Shown here in pieces: positions 20,894-30,931 of a DNA stretch of 64,000 nt. Origin of the DNA: Tritonibacter litoralis. Its GTDB lineage: Bacteria; Pseudomonadota; Alphaproteobacteria; Rhodobacterales; Rhodobacteraceae. The notes beneath the pieces are model-generated. The model did not search any database. It saw only the letters and a list, made by a program, of their open reading frames with translations, and was not told the DNA's origin. Location: positions 311,191-375,190 of the forward strand of contig NZ_WIBF01000002.1 in NCBI RefSeq assembly GCF_009496005.1. Direction: 5' to 3'. The position numbers and the translations under genes were made by a program. How positions within the stretch are numbered: the stretch's first letter is position 1; each line of letters begins with the position of its first letter.

Positions 20894-21172
20894 ATGGGAA
20901 GACCCAAGAAAAAAGACCTGCCAGATCTGAGCCATCTGGCCGCACCCGGACAAGACCTGCCGGTTCGTGTCACCCCAAAAGCCGGACGCAACACCGTAAC
21001 CGTTGTGGGGGACCTGTTAAAGGTGGCCGTGACGGCCGCTCCAGAAAACGGCAAAGCCAATGATGCAGTGCGCGACATTCTGGCCACGGCTCTGGGGTTG
21101 GCCCCCTCTCGCTTGGACTTGATCCGGGGCGCAACCTCCCGAGATAAGCTGTTTCGCGTCACCTCAGACTAG
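20894..21172 (+). CDS. DUF167 (YggU-like) protein
   Basis: VRVTPKAGRN...LKVAVTAAPENGKAN...IRGATSRDKLF matches the YggU family pattern. Confidence 0.6.
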   Translation: MGRPKKKDLPDLSHLAAPGQDLPVRVTPKAGRNTVTVVGDLLKVAVTAAPENGKANDAVRDILATALGLAPSRLDLIRGATSRDKLFRVTSD

Positions 21173-21182
21173 TGCACAGGGC

Positions 21183-21428
21183 TTATGTCTCACTGTCTTC
21201 GCCCACCAGCCTGTAAATCCCCTCGGGCAGGTCCAGGGCCGCGGCCAAATCTCTGACCTGTGCGTGGCTCAAGGTCAGGCGCAGCGTCTTGTCTGTTGTT
21301 GGATCGAATTGTTCAACTGTGACGCATTCCGAGAACGCATTCACAATCACGTCTTCCTGCAAGTGGGCTGCGCCCTCATCCACCAGGGTGATTACAGTGG
21401 AGTCAAATTCATGCTCTATGGTAAACAT
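21183..21428 (-). CDS. hypothetical small acidic protein (81 aa)
   Basis: Intact ORF in a gene-sized gap between DUF167 and the M48 peptidase gene. No recognisable domain. Confidence 0.35.
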   Translation of the reverse strand: MFTIEHEFDSTVITLVDEGAAHLQEDVIVNAFSECVTVEQFDPTTDKTLRLTLSHAQVRDLAAALDLPEGIYRLVGEDSET

Positions 21429-21588
21429 GGGTCAAGCTTGCCACGCGACCCGTAGCCTTGCAAGGCACAGCAATGTGAAACCTTTCGTCTGCGCGATTGG
21501 ACTGCGCAAAGATTGATCCCCAGCTCTGTAAAGGGCTATGATCTGTACTAGATAAACAGAACAACTGTTGATTACCAAAAGGAAAACC

Positions 21589-22290
21589 ATGCGTCGGCTA
21601 GCAGTGCTTTTCGCTCTTTTGTTCGTTGCGGCCTGTGATGTCCCGGTTGCCACCACCGCAACCGATCCACGCATCCAATCCAGCCGTGCCGTGGGTATGA
21701 GCCGCGCTGATTTCGCGGCCGTACAATCCATCGTAGAGCCGACAGCTGAACGGGAATGCCGGAACCGGACAGCTGGTTTGAATTGCGACTTCCTGATCAA
21801 TATTGATCCCAACCGCAACGCGCCGCCAAATGCGTTTCAGACCCTTGATAAATCCGGTCGGCCACGGATCGTGTTTACGCAGGCGATGCTTGGCCAATTG
21901 GCCAACCGGGACGAGCTTGCCTTTGTGATGTCCCATGAAGCGGCGCACCACATTCGCAACCATCTGGCCCGGCAACGGCAAAACGCCATTTCTGGTGCAA
22001 TCATCCTGGGCGGTCTGGCCACGCTTGCAGGCGGGACCCCTTCGGATATCGCCAATGCGCAGGATCTGGGAGCAACGGTTGGTGCACGCGGCTACTCCAA
22101 GGAATTTGAACTGGAAGCCGATGAGCTTGGCACCATCATCACCCACCGTGCGGGCTATCGTCCCAGTGTCGGAGTGCAGTTTTTCTACCGCCTGCCAGAT
22201 CCGGGTGATCGTTTTCTGGGCACGCATCCGCCCAACCCGGAGCGGATCAATGTGGTTCAATCAACAATTCGCAGGTATGGCCTGAACTGA
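21589..22290 (+). CDS. M48 family metallopeptidase, lipoprotein
   Basis: Lipoprotein signal MRRLAVLFALLFVAAC, HEAAHH zinc motif and downstream Glu. Confidence 0.7.
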   Translation: MRRLAVLFALLFVAACDVPVATTATDPRIQSSRAVGMSRADFAAVQSIVEPTAERECRNRTAGLNCDFLINIDPNRNAPPNAFQTLDKSGRPRIVFTQAMLGQLANRDELAFVMSHEAAHHIRNHLARQRQNAISGAIILGGLATLAGGTPSDIANAQDLGATVGARGYSKEFELEADELGTIITHRAGYRPSVGVQFFYRLPDPGDRFLGTHPPNPERINVVQSTIRRYGLN

Positions 22291-22676
22291 TGGGTCATTC
22301 GCAAACGGGTTTTCCCGGTCTGGTGCGATTGGGGGTTATCCTGACGGACCGCGGGTCAAAATATGCTGTCAGTGGCGCGCCGGTCCGATCACGCGATGAG
22401 GTGGATCAGGTTCTGGCGGCCCTGAAATCCGACCGCAGCTATGCCAAGGCCACACATAACACCTGGGCGGCGCAGCTTCCAACGGGCGCGCTCAAGGCAG
22501 ATGACGGCGAAAGCGGCGCTGCCATGGTGATCCTGCGGATGATGGAACGCGAGGGGCTATCGGATCATGTGATCATCGTCACCCGCTGGTATGGCGGCAA
22601 AAAGCTGGGTGGCGACCGGTTTCGTCGCGTGCAGGACGCCACCAGAGCGTATTTGAACACGCTTCACGACGGTTAA
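22290..22676 (+). CDS. YigZ/IMPACT family protein (UPF0029 domain only)
   Basis: DRGSKY...H.TWA pattern. Start ATG overlaps the M48 peptidase stop. Confidence 0.55.
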   Translation: MGHSQTGFPGLVRLGVILTDRGSKYAVSGAPVRSRDEVDQVLAALKSDRSYAKATHNTWAAQLPTGALKADDGESGAAMVILRMMEREGLSDHVIIVTRWYGGKKLGGDRFRRVQDATRAYLNTLHDG

Positions 22677-22845
22677 GCCGCGCAGTTTGGAACGTCGCCC
22701 TGGGGCCGCTGGCCCTGCGCCACCGACAGAAACGTCAAATCAGATAATCAAAGGTACATATTTCACGCCAGGATTGATCCAAATCAAAACCCTCATTCCC
22801 GATGCGTGTTAGTCACGGTAAACTTACGGACAATGGAGCGTTTGA

Positions 22846-23145
22846 ATGACCGATTTGGTAACGATCAAGAAACATGCGCGCCTGTTTGATCGCATGGGCA
22901 AAGCTGTGGGGCTCGACCTTCAGGAAGAAGCGATTGCGGGCAATCTCCAGTTTGATGAAATTGCAGAAGCCGTCTTGCGTTGCACACGTTGCAGCGAACC
23001 GGGGGCCTGCCAGCGCTGGCTGAACAAATTTGATGTTGACGGTGACCGTCAGGGCCCCACCAAGGACGCGCGAACCAAAGCCACCCCGCCAGAGTTTTGC
23101 CGCAATTCCGATCTGTTTTCCTATCTGCAACAGGCCAGCGAATGA
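22846..23145 (+). CDS. DUF6455-like small Cys-containing protein
   Basis: 99-aa ORF with C-x2-C...C...C pattern. Paralogous to the next ORF. Confidence 0.5.
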   Translation: MTDLVTIKKHARLFDRMGKAVGLDLQEEAIAGNLQFDEIAEAVLRCTRCSEPGACQRWLNKFDVDGDRQGPTKDARTKATPPEFCRNSDLFSYLQQASE

Positions 23146-23204
23146 CCGGCAGTGCAAAGGCAAAGCCAATTGAACGCCCGCGCGAAGAGAAGGGATTAGG
23201 CAAC

Positions 23205-23459
23205 ATGTATCGACATATGTGGCTCACACATGAGGTTGCACGATCGGTCGGGGTCGATCTGAGTGCAGCCATGCATGATCGTTCCCTTGACCCGCGTCGG
23301 TACTCAGAGATTGTCACCAAATGCCGTGCGTCCGGCTGTGACCGCGCCTGTGCCCTACATCTCTCTACCCTCAAAAACGGGCAACAAGAGCAGGTACAAG
23401 ATTACTGTGCGAACAAAGACCTGATCGACCGGCTGTCCAAACTGAAAGAACAGCCATAG
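23205..23459 (+). CDS. DUF6455-like small Cys-containing protein (paralog)
   Basis: MYRHMWLTHEVARSVGVDLSAAMHD..C.ASGC.RAC aligns with the previous ORF (VGLDL/VGVDL, C..C....C, D..C.N.DL). Alternative start at 23142. Confidence 0.5.
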   Translation: MYRHMWLTHEVARSVGVDLSAAMHDRSLDPRRYSEIVTKCRASGCDRACALHLSTLKNGQQEQVQDYCANKDLIDRLSKLKEQP

Positions 23460-23515
23460 CGCTGCGCTTAGTATTCTGTGGCATCGTCAACTGACAGGGC
23501 CGAGGCTTTGGGCGC

Positions 23516-24916
23516 TTAAAGGCGCCCCCACAAGTCGTAATCGCCCGCCTCGTCTACTTCGACAGATACCAAATCGCCAACCTGCAGATTATCGGTATTT
23601 TCGTCGATAAACAGGTTTCCGTCGATTTCCGGCGCATCCGCCTTGGTTCGGCAGGTCGCCACGCCATCCTCGTCGATGTCATCAATGATGACCTGCATGC
23701 GTTGCCCAACTTTTGCGGCCAGCTTTGCCTCAGAAATCGCCTGGGCAGTCTCCATAAACCGTTCCCAACGCTCTTGCTTAACCTCTTCTGGCACATGATC
23801 CGGCAGCGCATTTGAACGCGCGCCATCGACGTTTTCGTATTTGAAACACCCCACCCGGTCCAGCTGCGCCTCTTCCATCCAGTCCAAGAGGTGTTGGAAC
23901 TCCACCTCAGTCTCCCCCGGGTAACCAACAATAAAGGTCGATCGCAGGGTAATATCCGGGCAGATGCTGCGCCAGGCTTGGATTTCCTCCAGTGTTTTTG
24001 CCCCCGCCGCAGGGCGCGCCATGCGTTTCAGCACATCAGGATGGGCGTGTTGAAAAGGAATATCCAAATAAGGCAGCAGCGCATTGTCCGGATCGGCCAT
24101 CAGCGGGATCAACTCGCGCACATGCGGGTATGGGTAGACATAATGCATCCGGATCCAAAGCTCATCTGCGGGCGCAAGCTTGCCCAGCTCGTGGCTCAGA
24201 TCCTGGATATGAGAGCGCACCTCTGCCCCCTTCCAAGGGTGGCTGTCGTACTTCCGGTCCAGACCATAGGCCGATGTGTCCTGGCTGATCACCAACAGCT
24301 CTTTGACACCCGCATCCACCAGTTTTTCCGCTTCGCGCAGAACCGCATGCACCGGGCGGGACGCCAGCTTGCCGCGCATATCCGGGATAATGCAGAATTT
24401 ACACTTGTGATTGCAGCCCTCTGAGATCTTCAAATAGCTGAAGTGGCGTGGGGTCAGTTTGACGCCCGATGTGGGCAGCAGATCCACAAAAGGATCCGGT
24501 GATGGCGGCACGGTCTGATGCACTGCGTCTAGAACCTGTTCATATTGATGCGGTCCCGTCACTGCCAGAATCCGCGGGTGATGTTCGCGAATGTAATCAG
24601 GCTCTGCCCCAAGGCAGCCTGTGACGATGACCTTGCCGTTTTCCTTCAACGCTTCGCCGATAGCATCCAGGCTCTCGGCCTTGGCGCTGTCCAAAAAGCC
24701 GCAGGTGTTCACAATAACCGCATCCGCCCCTGCGTAATCGGGTGAGATGCCATATCCTTCGGCTCGGAGCCGGGTCAGAATGCGCTCACTGTCGACCAGA
24801 GCCTTTGGGCACCCAAGCGACACCATCCCAAGGGTCGGCTGCCCCTCACGCGGCGCGTCGGACAAAGTGGCTTTCGGGGCAAGGTCGGGGCGTAGCTCTG
24901 GCGGATTGCTGGTCAT
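23516..24916 (-). CDS. rimO: ribosomal protein S12 methylthiotransferase
   Basis: MTTase N-terminal domain, radical-SAM CNHKCKFC motif and TRAM domain. Colinear with RimO. Confidence 0.9.
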   Translation of the reverse strand: MTSNPPELRPDLAPKATLSDAPREGQPTLGMVSLGCPKALVDSERILTRLRAEGYGISPDYAGADAVIVNTCGFLDSAKAESLDAIGEALKENGKVIVTGCLGAEPDYIREHHPRILAVTGPHQYEQVLDAVHQTVPPSPDPFVDLLPTSGVKLTPRHFSYLKISEGCNHKCKFCIIPDMRGKLASRPVHAVLREAEKLVDAGVKELLVISQDTSAYGLDRKYDSHPWKGAEVRSHIQDLSHELGKLAPADELWIRMHYVYPYPHVRELIPLMADPDNALLPYLDIPFQHAHPDVLKRMARPAAGAKTLEEIQAWRSICPDITLRSTFIVGYPGETEVEFQHLLDWMEEAQLDRVGCFKYENVDGARSNALPDHVPEEVKQERWERFMETAQAISEAKLAAKVGQRMQVIIDDIDEDGVATCRTKADAPEIDGNLFIDENTDNLQVGDLVSVEVDEAGDYDLWGRL

Positions 24917-25007
24917 GGGCGCGCGTATAATATGCTGCGGCCCTCATGGGAATGGATGTTTTTTGCAAGGCAGTTCTGCGCAAGCGGCAGATCCAGATTT
25001 AACTGGT

Positions 25008-25616
25008 CTAGTCGTCTTGACCCAAAGCGGTCGCCGCAGAGCCTTTCATCGCCTCTCGCCAGTGTTTACGACAGAGCGACACATAGCTTTCGTTTCCACC
25101 GATCTGCACCTGATCGCCATCGGTCAAAATGCGGCCCGTCTCATCCTGACGCACAACCATGGTCGCTTTTTTGCCGCAGTGACAGATCGTTCGCACTTCG
25201 CGCATTTCATCCGCCCATGCCAACAAAGCCGCAGAGCCGGGAAACAGCTCGCCGCGGAAATCAACGCGCAGACCATAGCACAGCACCGGGACGTTCAGGT
25301 CATCCACAACCTGCGTCAGCTGCCAGACCTGCGTTTTGGTCAGAAACTGCGCCTCATCAATAAAAATCGCCGATATCTGCTGCTTGGCCAAGACCCTCTC
25401 GATTCGCGCAAACAGGTCATCCTCTTGGGCAAATGTATCCGCCTCTGCCGCAATACCGATTCGCGATGCAATCTGCCCACCCCCACTGCGATCGTCAAAA
25501 TCAGCAGTCAAAAGATAGGTTTGCATATTATTTTCGCGGTAATTGTGCGACGCCTGCAGCAACATTGCAGATTTGCCGGCATTCATGGTCGAGTAGTTAA
25601 AGTAGAGCTTGGCCAT
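25008..25616 (-). CDS. tdk: thymidine kinase
   Basis: P-loop NAGKSAMLLQ, IDEAQF and a C-terminal CxxC...CxxH zinc ribbon. Confidence 0.85.
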   Translation of the reverse strand: MAKLYFNYSTMNAGKSAMLLQASHNYRENNMQTYLLTADFDDRSGGGQIASRIGIAAEADTFAQEDDLFARIERVLAKQQISAIFIDEAQFLTKTQVWQLTQVVDDLNVPVLCYGLRVDFRGELFPGSAALLAWADEMREVRTICHCGKKATMVVRQDETGRILTDGDQVQIGGNESYVSLCRKHWREAMKGSAATALGQDD

Positions 25617-25784
25617 GGCACCGATCTAACGAGCGTTTAGAGATTCTAAAAGCCGCGAGAAGACCAACAACAAGAAATCCTGCAGCTGATTTAAGCCTCA
25701 AACATCGCAATGCGCAGGCAGCCCATCGTAAGTCATTGAAAAATAGTGCATTCTAGCCAACTCAATAGACGTTCGCACATTGGG

Positions 25785-25904
25785 TTAAGCCCGATTCTGC
25801 AACACCAGACCTCCCAACAGCGGCACATGCAAAACCACGTGCAGCCAGAATACACCAAACGGCAGACCAATTGCCAAAACAACAGATGCTGCCCACTCAC
25901 TCAT
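25785..25904 (-). CDS. candidate 39-aa hydrophobic peptide (MSEWAASVVLAIGLPFGVFWLHVVLHVPLLGGLVLQNRA)
   Basis: Read by hand from the minus strand of a 460-bp low-GC intergenic pocket. Not in the ORF track (<60 aa). Weak ribosome-binding site. Confidence 0.2.
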   Translation of the reverse strand: MSEWAASVVLAIGLPFGVFWLHVVLHVPLLGGLVLQNRA

Positions 25905-26076
25905 ACAGCATCTGCGTCGCAAGCACGGGTGCGCGTATGACACGCATCGCCACTCACCGCCCTACTAAACCCGGTAGGGATGGTCAGATTTTTGCATTTC
26001 ATTTACACATCAGGAATGGGAAATAACTCTGCGAGTTCCCCAAGAAAGCGGCAACCTCGCAAAGCAAAGGACGAGA

Positions 26077-26535
26077 ATGGCAGATATTGGCGGATATTTA
26101 AAAAAGCACACCGAAGCATTGGTGAAAGACGTCGGCATTGAGGCCGCCTGTGAAATTACAGGTAAATCAAAGGCCACGTTAGGGCGTTACTACTCCGAAA
26201 ATCAGGAGCATTCCGACCGGTTTATGCCGGTGGATTCGGTGGCCCGGCTGGAAGCATCGGCCTCTTACCCGCATGTGACCTCTGCACTAGCTGATCTGCG
26301 CAACATCACATTGTCTTATGGCAATGGGCCCAATTGTGCCTCGCGGCCGGGCGGCGTCAATTCTGACGTCATTGCATTGAGCCAGAGGTTCGCAACTTTG
26401 ATGAGCGAATATCAATCCGCGATCGAGGACGGTATCATTACGGTGAATGAGGCAAAACGTCTCTTGAGGGAAACGGTGCTTTTGCAGCAAGTGTTGCTGG
26501 ACATGAAGCTGCACCTGGAAGAAGAAAGTGCCTGA
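26077..26535 (+). CDS. hypothetical protein with putative HTH (phage CII/Cro-like regulator?)
   Basis: [19 protein letters not shown] resembles an HTH turn. The stop overlaps the arsH start by 8 nt. Confidence 0.4.
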   Translation: MADIGGYLKKHTEALVKDVGIEAACEITGKSKATLGRYYSENQEHSDRFMPVDSVARLEASASYPHVTSALADLRNITLSYGNGPNCASRPGGVNSDVIALSQRFATLMSEYQSAIEDGIITVNEAKRLLRETVLLQQVLLDMKLHLEEESA

Positions 26536-27277
26536 CCCCAAAACACCCCGCTCTGATCTGCCGGATCTGACCGATCTGCCCTCTGTAACCGCCGAAGCCT
26601 TTGCGCCCATTGACGTGGCTGCGCTGGCACCTGCCGGGGATCCCGGCCACGCGCCACGCGTTCTGCTGCTTTATGGCTCCCTACGTGATGTGAGCTACTC
26701 TCGTAAAGTCGTCGAGGAATGCGCCCGGATCCTCAAAGCGCTTGGTTGCGAGCCCAAGATCTTTAACCCATCTGGCCTGCCATTCCCGGATGACGAGGGG
26801 GCAGCAGATCATCCCAAAGTGGCGGAACTTCGCGAACTGGCGATCTGGAGTGAGGCCATGGTCTGGTCATCGCCCGAGCGCCACGGAACGATGACAGGGA
26901 TTATGAAAACCCAGATCGACTGGCTCCCTCTGTCTGCCCAAGGTGGAATTCGCCCAACACAGGGCAAGACGCTGGCCGTGATGCAAGTGTCCGGTGGCTC
27001 GCAAAGCTTTAATGCGGTCAATCAAATGCGCATATTGGGGCGCTGGATGCGGATGGTGACAATTCCCAATCAAAGTTCCATTCCCAAAGCCTGGCTGGAG
27101 TTCCAAGAAGGCGAACGTTTGCCCGAAGGTCCCTTCTATCGCCGGGTCTTCGACGTGATGGAGGAATTGGTGAAATTCACCTACCTCACCCGCAGCCGGA
27201 AAGAATACCTGGTAGATCGCTATTCGGAACGGGTGGAGAGCGTGGCACAGACCCACGAACGCGTCTCCAAGCTTTAA
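26528..27277 (+). CDS. arsH: NADPH-dependent FMN reductase ArsH
   Basis: [17 protein letters not shown] and SPERHG flavodoxin-like motifs characteristic of ArsH. Confidence 0.75.
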   Translation: MPDPKTPRSDLPDLTDLPSVTAEAFAPIDVAALAPAGDPGHAPRVLLLYGSLRDVSYSRKVVEECARILKALGCEPKIFNPSGLPFPDDEGAADHPKVAELRELAIWSEAMVWSSPERHGTMTGIMKTQIDWLPLSAQGGIRPTQGKTLAVMQVSGGSQSFNAVNQMRILGRWMRMVTIPNQSSIPKAWLEFQEGERLPEGPFYRRVFDVMEELVKFTYLTRSRKEYLVDRYSERVESVAQTHERVSKL

Positions 27278-27678
27278 TTCAGATCGTTTTACCTTGTTGC
27301 GCAGACGTGGCGCTCCCGCGCCCGCACAAGTTTCGGCCTGGCCGAAACTTGCTCTGTGCGGCCTTGGGCCTGGCGCCGGGCTTTGCCCGGCGCTGCCTCT
27401 CGCAATGGAGACGCGTACCCTTTCCCGCTGGGCCGCATTAAATCAACGGCACCAGCGGTACGCCGTTACATCCAACCAATAGGGTTAATCCAAGTATTCC
27501 GACGATCATTCGCATCCCTAAACTCCTTATTTTCAAGTGTTTGACCAACGTCATTGTTATTCATCGGCTCTCGTGCCTGCCACGACGCAGCGCGCCATCG
27601 GCGCGCTGCCCTACCCAACGGGAGGCCATGCGTTTTGCGCATGAACGACGGGCGGGAGCATCTCCCTTTTACATGCGC

Positions 27679-28638
27679 TTACACGATCAAATTCGGCAGA
27701 TCCCGACCCGCGACAAAGGCTGCAATGTTATCCAATGCCATGTGCCCCATTTGACTGCGCACTTCTTCTGCCGCCGTACCAAGATGCGGTAGCAAAGTAA
27801 CATTCTCTCTCTGCTTCAACGCCTCTGGAACCTTTGGCTCGAACTCATACACATCCAAGCCAGCGCCAGCGATTTTGCCAGCCTCCAGCGCGGCGATCAG
27901 TGCGTGTTCATCGACGACCTCGCCACGGGCAATATTTACAAGAAACGCGGTGTCTTTCATGGCATCCAGGATCTCCGCATCAACCAGATGCTGCGTTTCT
28001 GGAGAGGCCGGAACCGCGACAATCAGAAAATCAACAATTTGTGCGAGTTCTTTCGCGTCACGCATCCGTTCAGCAGGAAAGTCCAGATCTTTCTCACTGC
28101 GCGCCAGATAGGAGACATCCATACCGAACCCGTAATGACAGCGGCGCGCAATCGCCTGCCCGATACGCCCCATACCCAGAATTCCAACATGCTTGCCACT
28201 GACATGCGCGCCAAGGAACTGCACAGGGTGCCACCCCTCCCATTTCCCCGCTCGCACAATCCGCTCACCTTCACCTGCACGCCGTGCGGTCATCAGGATC
28301 AGCGTCATGGCAATATCTGCAGTTGCATCAGTCACTGCGCCGGGCGTGTTGGTCACTGCGACGCCTGCAGCCTTGGCCGCTGCTACATCGATGTGATTGT
28401 AGCCGACACCGAAATTCGCCAAAAGCTTGCAGCGCAAATCCGCGCCAACGGCCGCAAAAACCTCTGCCGAGAATTGATCCTTGAGTGACGGCATAACAAC
28501 GTCATATGCCTTCATCGCCTCAATCATTTCCGCGTTGCTCAGAGGAGCTGTTTCCATCCGAACAGTGGCCCCGAACTCAGCTTTGGCGCGCGCCTCAACA
28601 TCCGCAGTCATGCGTCGCGCAATCAAGACTTTGGTCAA
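27679..28638 (-). CDS. D-isomer-specific 2-hydroxyacid dehydrogenase (glyoxylate/hydroxypyruvate reductase-like)
   Basis: GILGMGRIGQAIARR NAD-binding motif and a catalytic R..E..H arrangement. Confidence 0.8.
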   Translation of the reverse strand: MTKVLIARRMTADVEARAKAEFGATVRMETAPLSNAEMIEAMKAYDVVMPSLKDQFSAEVFAAVGADLRCKLLANFGVGYNHIDVAAAKAAGVAVTNTPGAVTDATADIAMTLILMTARRAGEGERIVRAGKWEGWHPVQFLGAHVSGKHVGILGMGRIGQAIARRCHYGFGMDVSYLARSEKDLDFPAERMRDAKELAQIVDFLIVAVPASPETQHLVDAEILDAMKDTAFLVNIARGEVVDEHALIAALEAGKIAGAGLDVYEFEPKVPEALKQRENVTLLPHLGTAAEEVRSQMGHMALDNIAAFVAGRDLPNLIV

Positions 28639-28985
28639 TGGAGCCGCCCCCCCAATGGAACGTCTGCCGATACATCCCCGTCAGGACCGATCAGGACGAC
28701 CTCTCCGTTTTCATCCGGAAGGCCCAGCACCAGAACCTCGGACATGAACTTGCCAATCTGACGGGGTGGGAAGTTCACCACCGCCAAAACTTGTTTGCCT
28801 ACAAGGGTTTCCGGCTCATAATGGGCGGTGACTTGGGCTGAGGTTTTCTTTTCCCCGATCTCGCAACCGAAATCGATCCACATTTTGATCGCGGGTTTGC
28901 GCGCTTCCGGAAAAGCCTCGGCGCGGGTGATGCGGCCGGTGCGCACATCCACTTTTAGAAAGTCATCAAAAGAAATCTCAGCCAC
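28635..28985 (-). CDS. tRNA-binding protein (CsaA/EMAP-domain)
   Basis: FLKVDVRTGRITRAE...AVVNFPPRQIGKFMSEVLVLG aligns with B. subtilis CsaA. Start assigned to GTG at 28983-28985; the upstream ATG at 29021 is an alternative. Confidence 0.6.
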   Translation of the reverse strand: MAEISFDDFLKVDVRTGRITRAEAFPEARKPAIKMWIDFGCEIGEKKTSAQVTAHYEPETLVGKQVLAVVNFPPRQIGKFMSEVLVLGLPDENGEVVLIGPDGDVSADVPLGGRLH

Positions 28986-29793
28986 GAGACAACTCCTCGG
29001 ATCGTTTGGTGGCAGCCTCAACTGCCCGCTTCATCAAAGGCGGCATACCGTCCGCGTCATTCATCAACACCTCAAGCGCCGCTTGCGTCGTGCCATTTGG
29101 ACTGGTGACATTGATGCGCAGCTGGCTGGGGCTGTCCTCCGACGCTTCGGCCAAAGCCCCTGCCCCGGCAACTGTCGCCTTGGCCAATTGCATTGACAGT
29201 GCTTCGGGCAGCCCCTGTGCAACGCCTGCCGCTGCGAGCGTCTCGATCATATGGAACACATAGGCTGGGCCCGAACCGGACACACCGGTTACGGCATCCA
29301 TTTGCGCTTCGTGCTCAAGGCGTGCGACCTGGCCGACAGAGGACAACAGCATTTCCGCCCCATCAAGGTCCGCCGGTTGACACGTATCATTGCCGATGAT
29401 CGCGGTGATCCCTTTGGCGATGGCCGCTGGCGTGTTCGGCATGGCCCGCACAATGGGCGTTGAGGCCCCAAGGATCTGTTCATAGGTCGCAATCGACGTC
29501 CCCGCCGCAACCGAGATAAACAGGGTCTGGCCGCCGCCATAGGATTTCAACGTCGGCAAAGCCTCGGCCATCATCTGAGGTTTCACAGCGATCAGAACGA
29601 TGGCGGGGCTGGCTGGCAGGGCTTCGTTGATGCGCACCCCTGAGCCAGACAGCCAATCAGATGGAAACGGATCCTGAACCCAGACCGAGGTCGCAGGCAG
29701 TCCGCCATCCAGCCAGCCTTTCAACATGGCTGATCCCATTTTTCCGCAGCCCAACAACACCAAGCCGCGGGCCGCGATTTCTGTCATGTGCAT
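28978..29793 (-). CDS. proC: pyrroline-5-carboxylate reductase
   Basis: GCGKMGSAML Rossmann motif and SGSGPAY motif. Confidence 0.85.
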   Translation of the reverse strand: MHMTEIAARGLVLLGCGKMGSAMLKGWLDGGLPATSVWVQDPFPSDWLSGSGVRINEALPASPAIVLIAVKPQMMAEALPTLKSYGGGQTLFISVAAGTSIATYEQILGASTPIVRAMPNTPAAIAKGITAIIGNDTCQPADLDGAEMLLSSVGQVARLEHEAQMDAVTGVSGSGPAYVFHMIETLAAAGVAQGLPEALSMQLAKATVAGAGALAEASEDSPSQLRINVTSPNGTTQAALEVLMNDADGMPPLMKRAVEAATKRSEELSRG

Positions 29794-29834
29794 GGTTGCC
29801 CCTCTCCGTCCATAACTAGGTTTGGGGCAAATCT

Positions 29835-30335
29835 TTACGCCCGGCCAAAGGCCTCTGCAATGGCGACTTGCATCGCATCTGCGGGTGAGCGTTCACCCCA
29901 GACATTCAGCTGAATGGCCGGGTAGTAACGTTCGCAATTGGCGACCGCCATTTTCATCAGCTGATCAATCTGCTGCGGTGTGACCATCTGGCCCCCGCTC
30001 AGCAACAGGCCATAGCGATACAGCATCAGTTTGTGATCTGGCCAATAGGTGAACGAGCCGGTCCAGCACTGATCGTTCATCTTGTTGATCAGCTCATAAA
30101 GCCCCGGCAGTTTATCCTGGGGCGGGTCCATTTCGAAACTGCAGACCATACGCAGGGTTTCTTCGTAGTCCGACCACGCCAAGGTCAGGGAGTAGGTTCG
30201 CCATTGGCCTTCGACAGCCATCGCAATTTGATCATCGGCGATCCGGTCGAAATCCCACTCATGATGTGACGCCAAGTGTTCGACAATATCGATCGGATGG
30301 ACTTCTTCGAAGAGTTGATGCTCGGAAAGGGACAT
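29835..30335 (-). CDS. YbjN domain-containing protein
   Basis: 166-aa acidic protein from MSLSEHQLFEEVHPIDIVEHL. Family call from memory. The ORF-track N-terminal extension is rejected. Confidence 0.5.
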   Translation of the reverse strand: MSLSEHQLFEEVHPIDIVEHLASHHEWDFDRIADDQIAMAVEGQWRTYSLTLAWSDYEETLRMVCSFEMDPPQDKLPGLYELINKMNDQCWTGSFTYWPDHKLMLYRYGLLLSGGQMVTPQQIDQLMKMAVANCERYYPAIQLNVWGERSPADAMQVAIAEAFGRA

Positions 30336-30622
30336 TGACCCACCTCTCTCGCTTCTAACCTTTGCGGGTGGCAGCCCCCCAACGGTTAGCTTTCTGCTCA
30401 ATAGGAAGGGGCTGAATGCCGTCTCCCTACAAAATATGGTGAAGTTTAGGGATCGATCTGGCAACCCTTTATTTGGGGATAACTGCAATAACTTGTGGAT
30501 GACGGCTGTGGATGCGCAAAATGTCGCCCTAGCCGCCTCGCAGCCGCAACAGTTCGTAAAACCGCAATAAACTGACAGATAAATGTCACCAAACCCAGCT
30601 AAAGGGCGATTGCACAGCGCAG

Positions 30623-30671
30623 GGAACAGGGCAGATCCAACCCGCCCTGTTCCACTGGTTTTGGTTTTGGG
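30623..30671 (+). terminator. orphan plus-strand intrinsic terminator (10-bp GC stem plus TTTTGGTTTTGG)
   Basis: ggaacagggc / gccctgttcc stem with an 11-nt loop, then a T-rich tract. No plus-strand ORF upstream for about 340 nt. Confidence 0.45.
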
Positions 30672-30673
30672 GC

Positions 30674-30931
30674 TCAGCGATTGTCGAGCTGTGCGCGCAC
30701 GGACCGGCGCCCTTTGTCCGAAATCCGATACGGGCTGGAGCAATGCGATTCGATTAACCGTTTGCGACGCAGTTTTGAAAAAACCTCCAGCGTACAGTTC
30801 GACAGAACCATACCATCACGGGTAAAACAAAAGACGCGGGTCACCCGCCCGTTTGGCGCGCGCTCATATTGAATACGCCCGCCTTGTGCCAACGCGTGCA
30901 ACACGCGCTGTTCGTTCTTTGAGATGTTCAT
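30674..30931 (-). CDS. yjhX: YjhX/TopAI-family toxin (UPF0386)
   Basis: [20 protein letters not shown]...[17 protein letters not shown] aligns with E. coli YjhX, recalled ([20 protein letters not shown]...VRAQLDNR). Confidence 0.7.
   Translation of the reverse strand: MNISKNEQRVLHALAQGGRIQYERAPNGRVTRVFCFTRDGMVLSNCTLEVFSKLRRKRLIESHCSSPYRISDKGRRSVRAQLDNR

Noticed and set aside
30436-30570. 44-codon plus-strand ORF (MVKFRDRSGNPLFGDNCNNLW...) between ybjN and yjhX as a possible protein antitoxin
   Set aside because: No ribosome-binding site. AT-rich atypical codon usage. More consistent with a non-coding sRNA ending at the 30623-30671 terminator.
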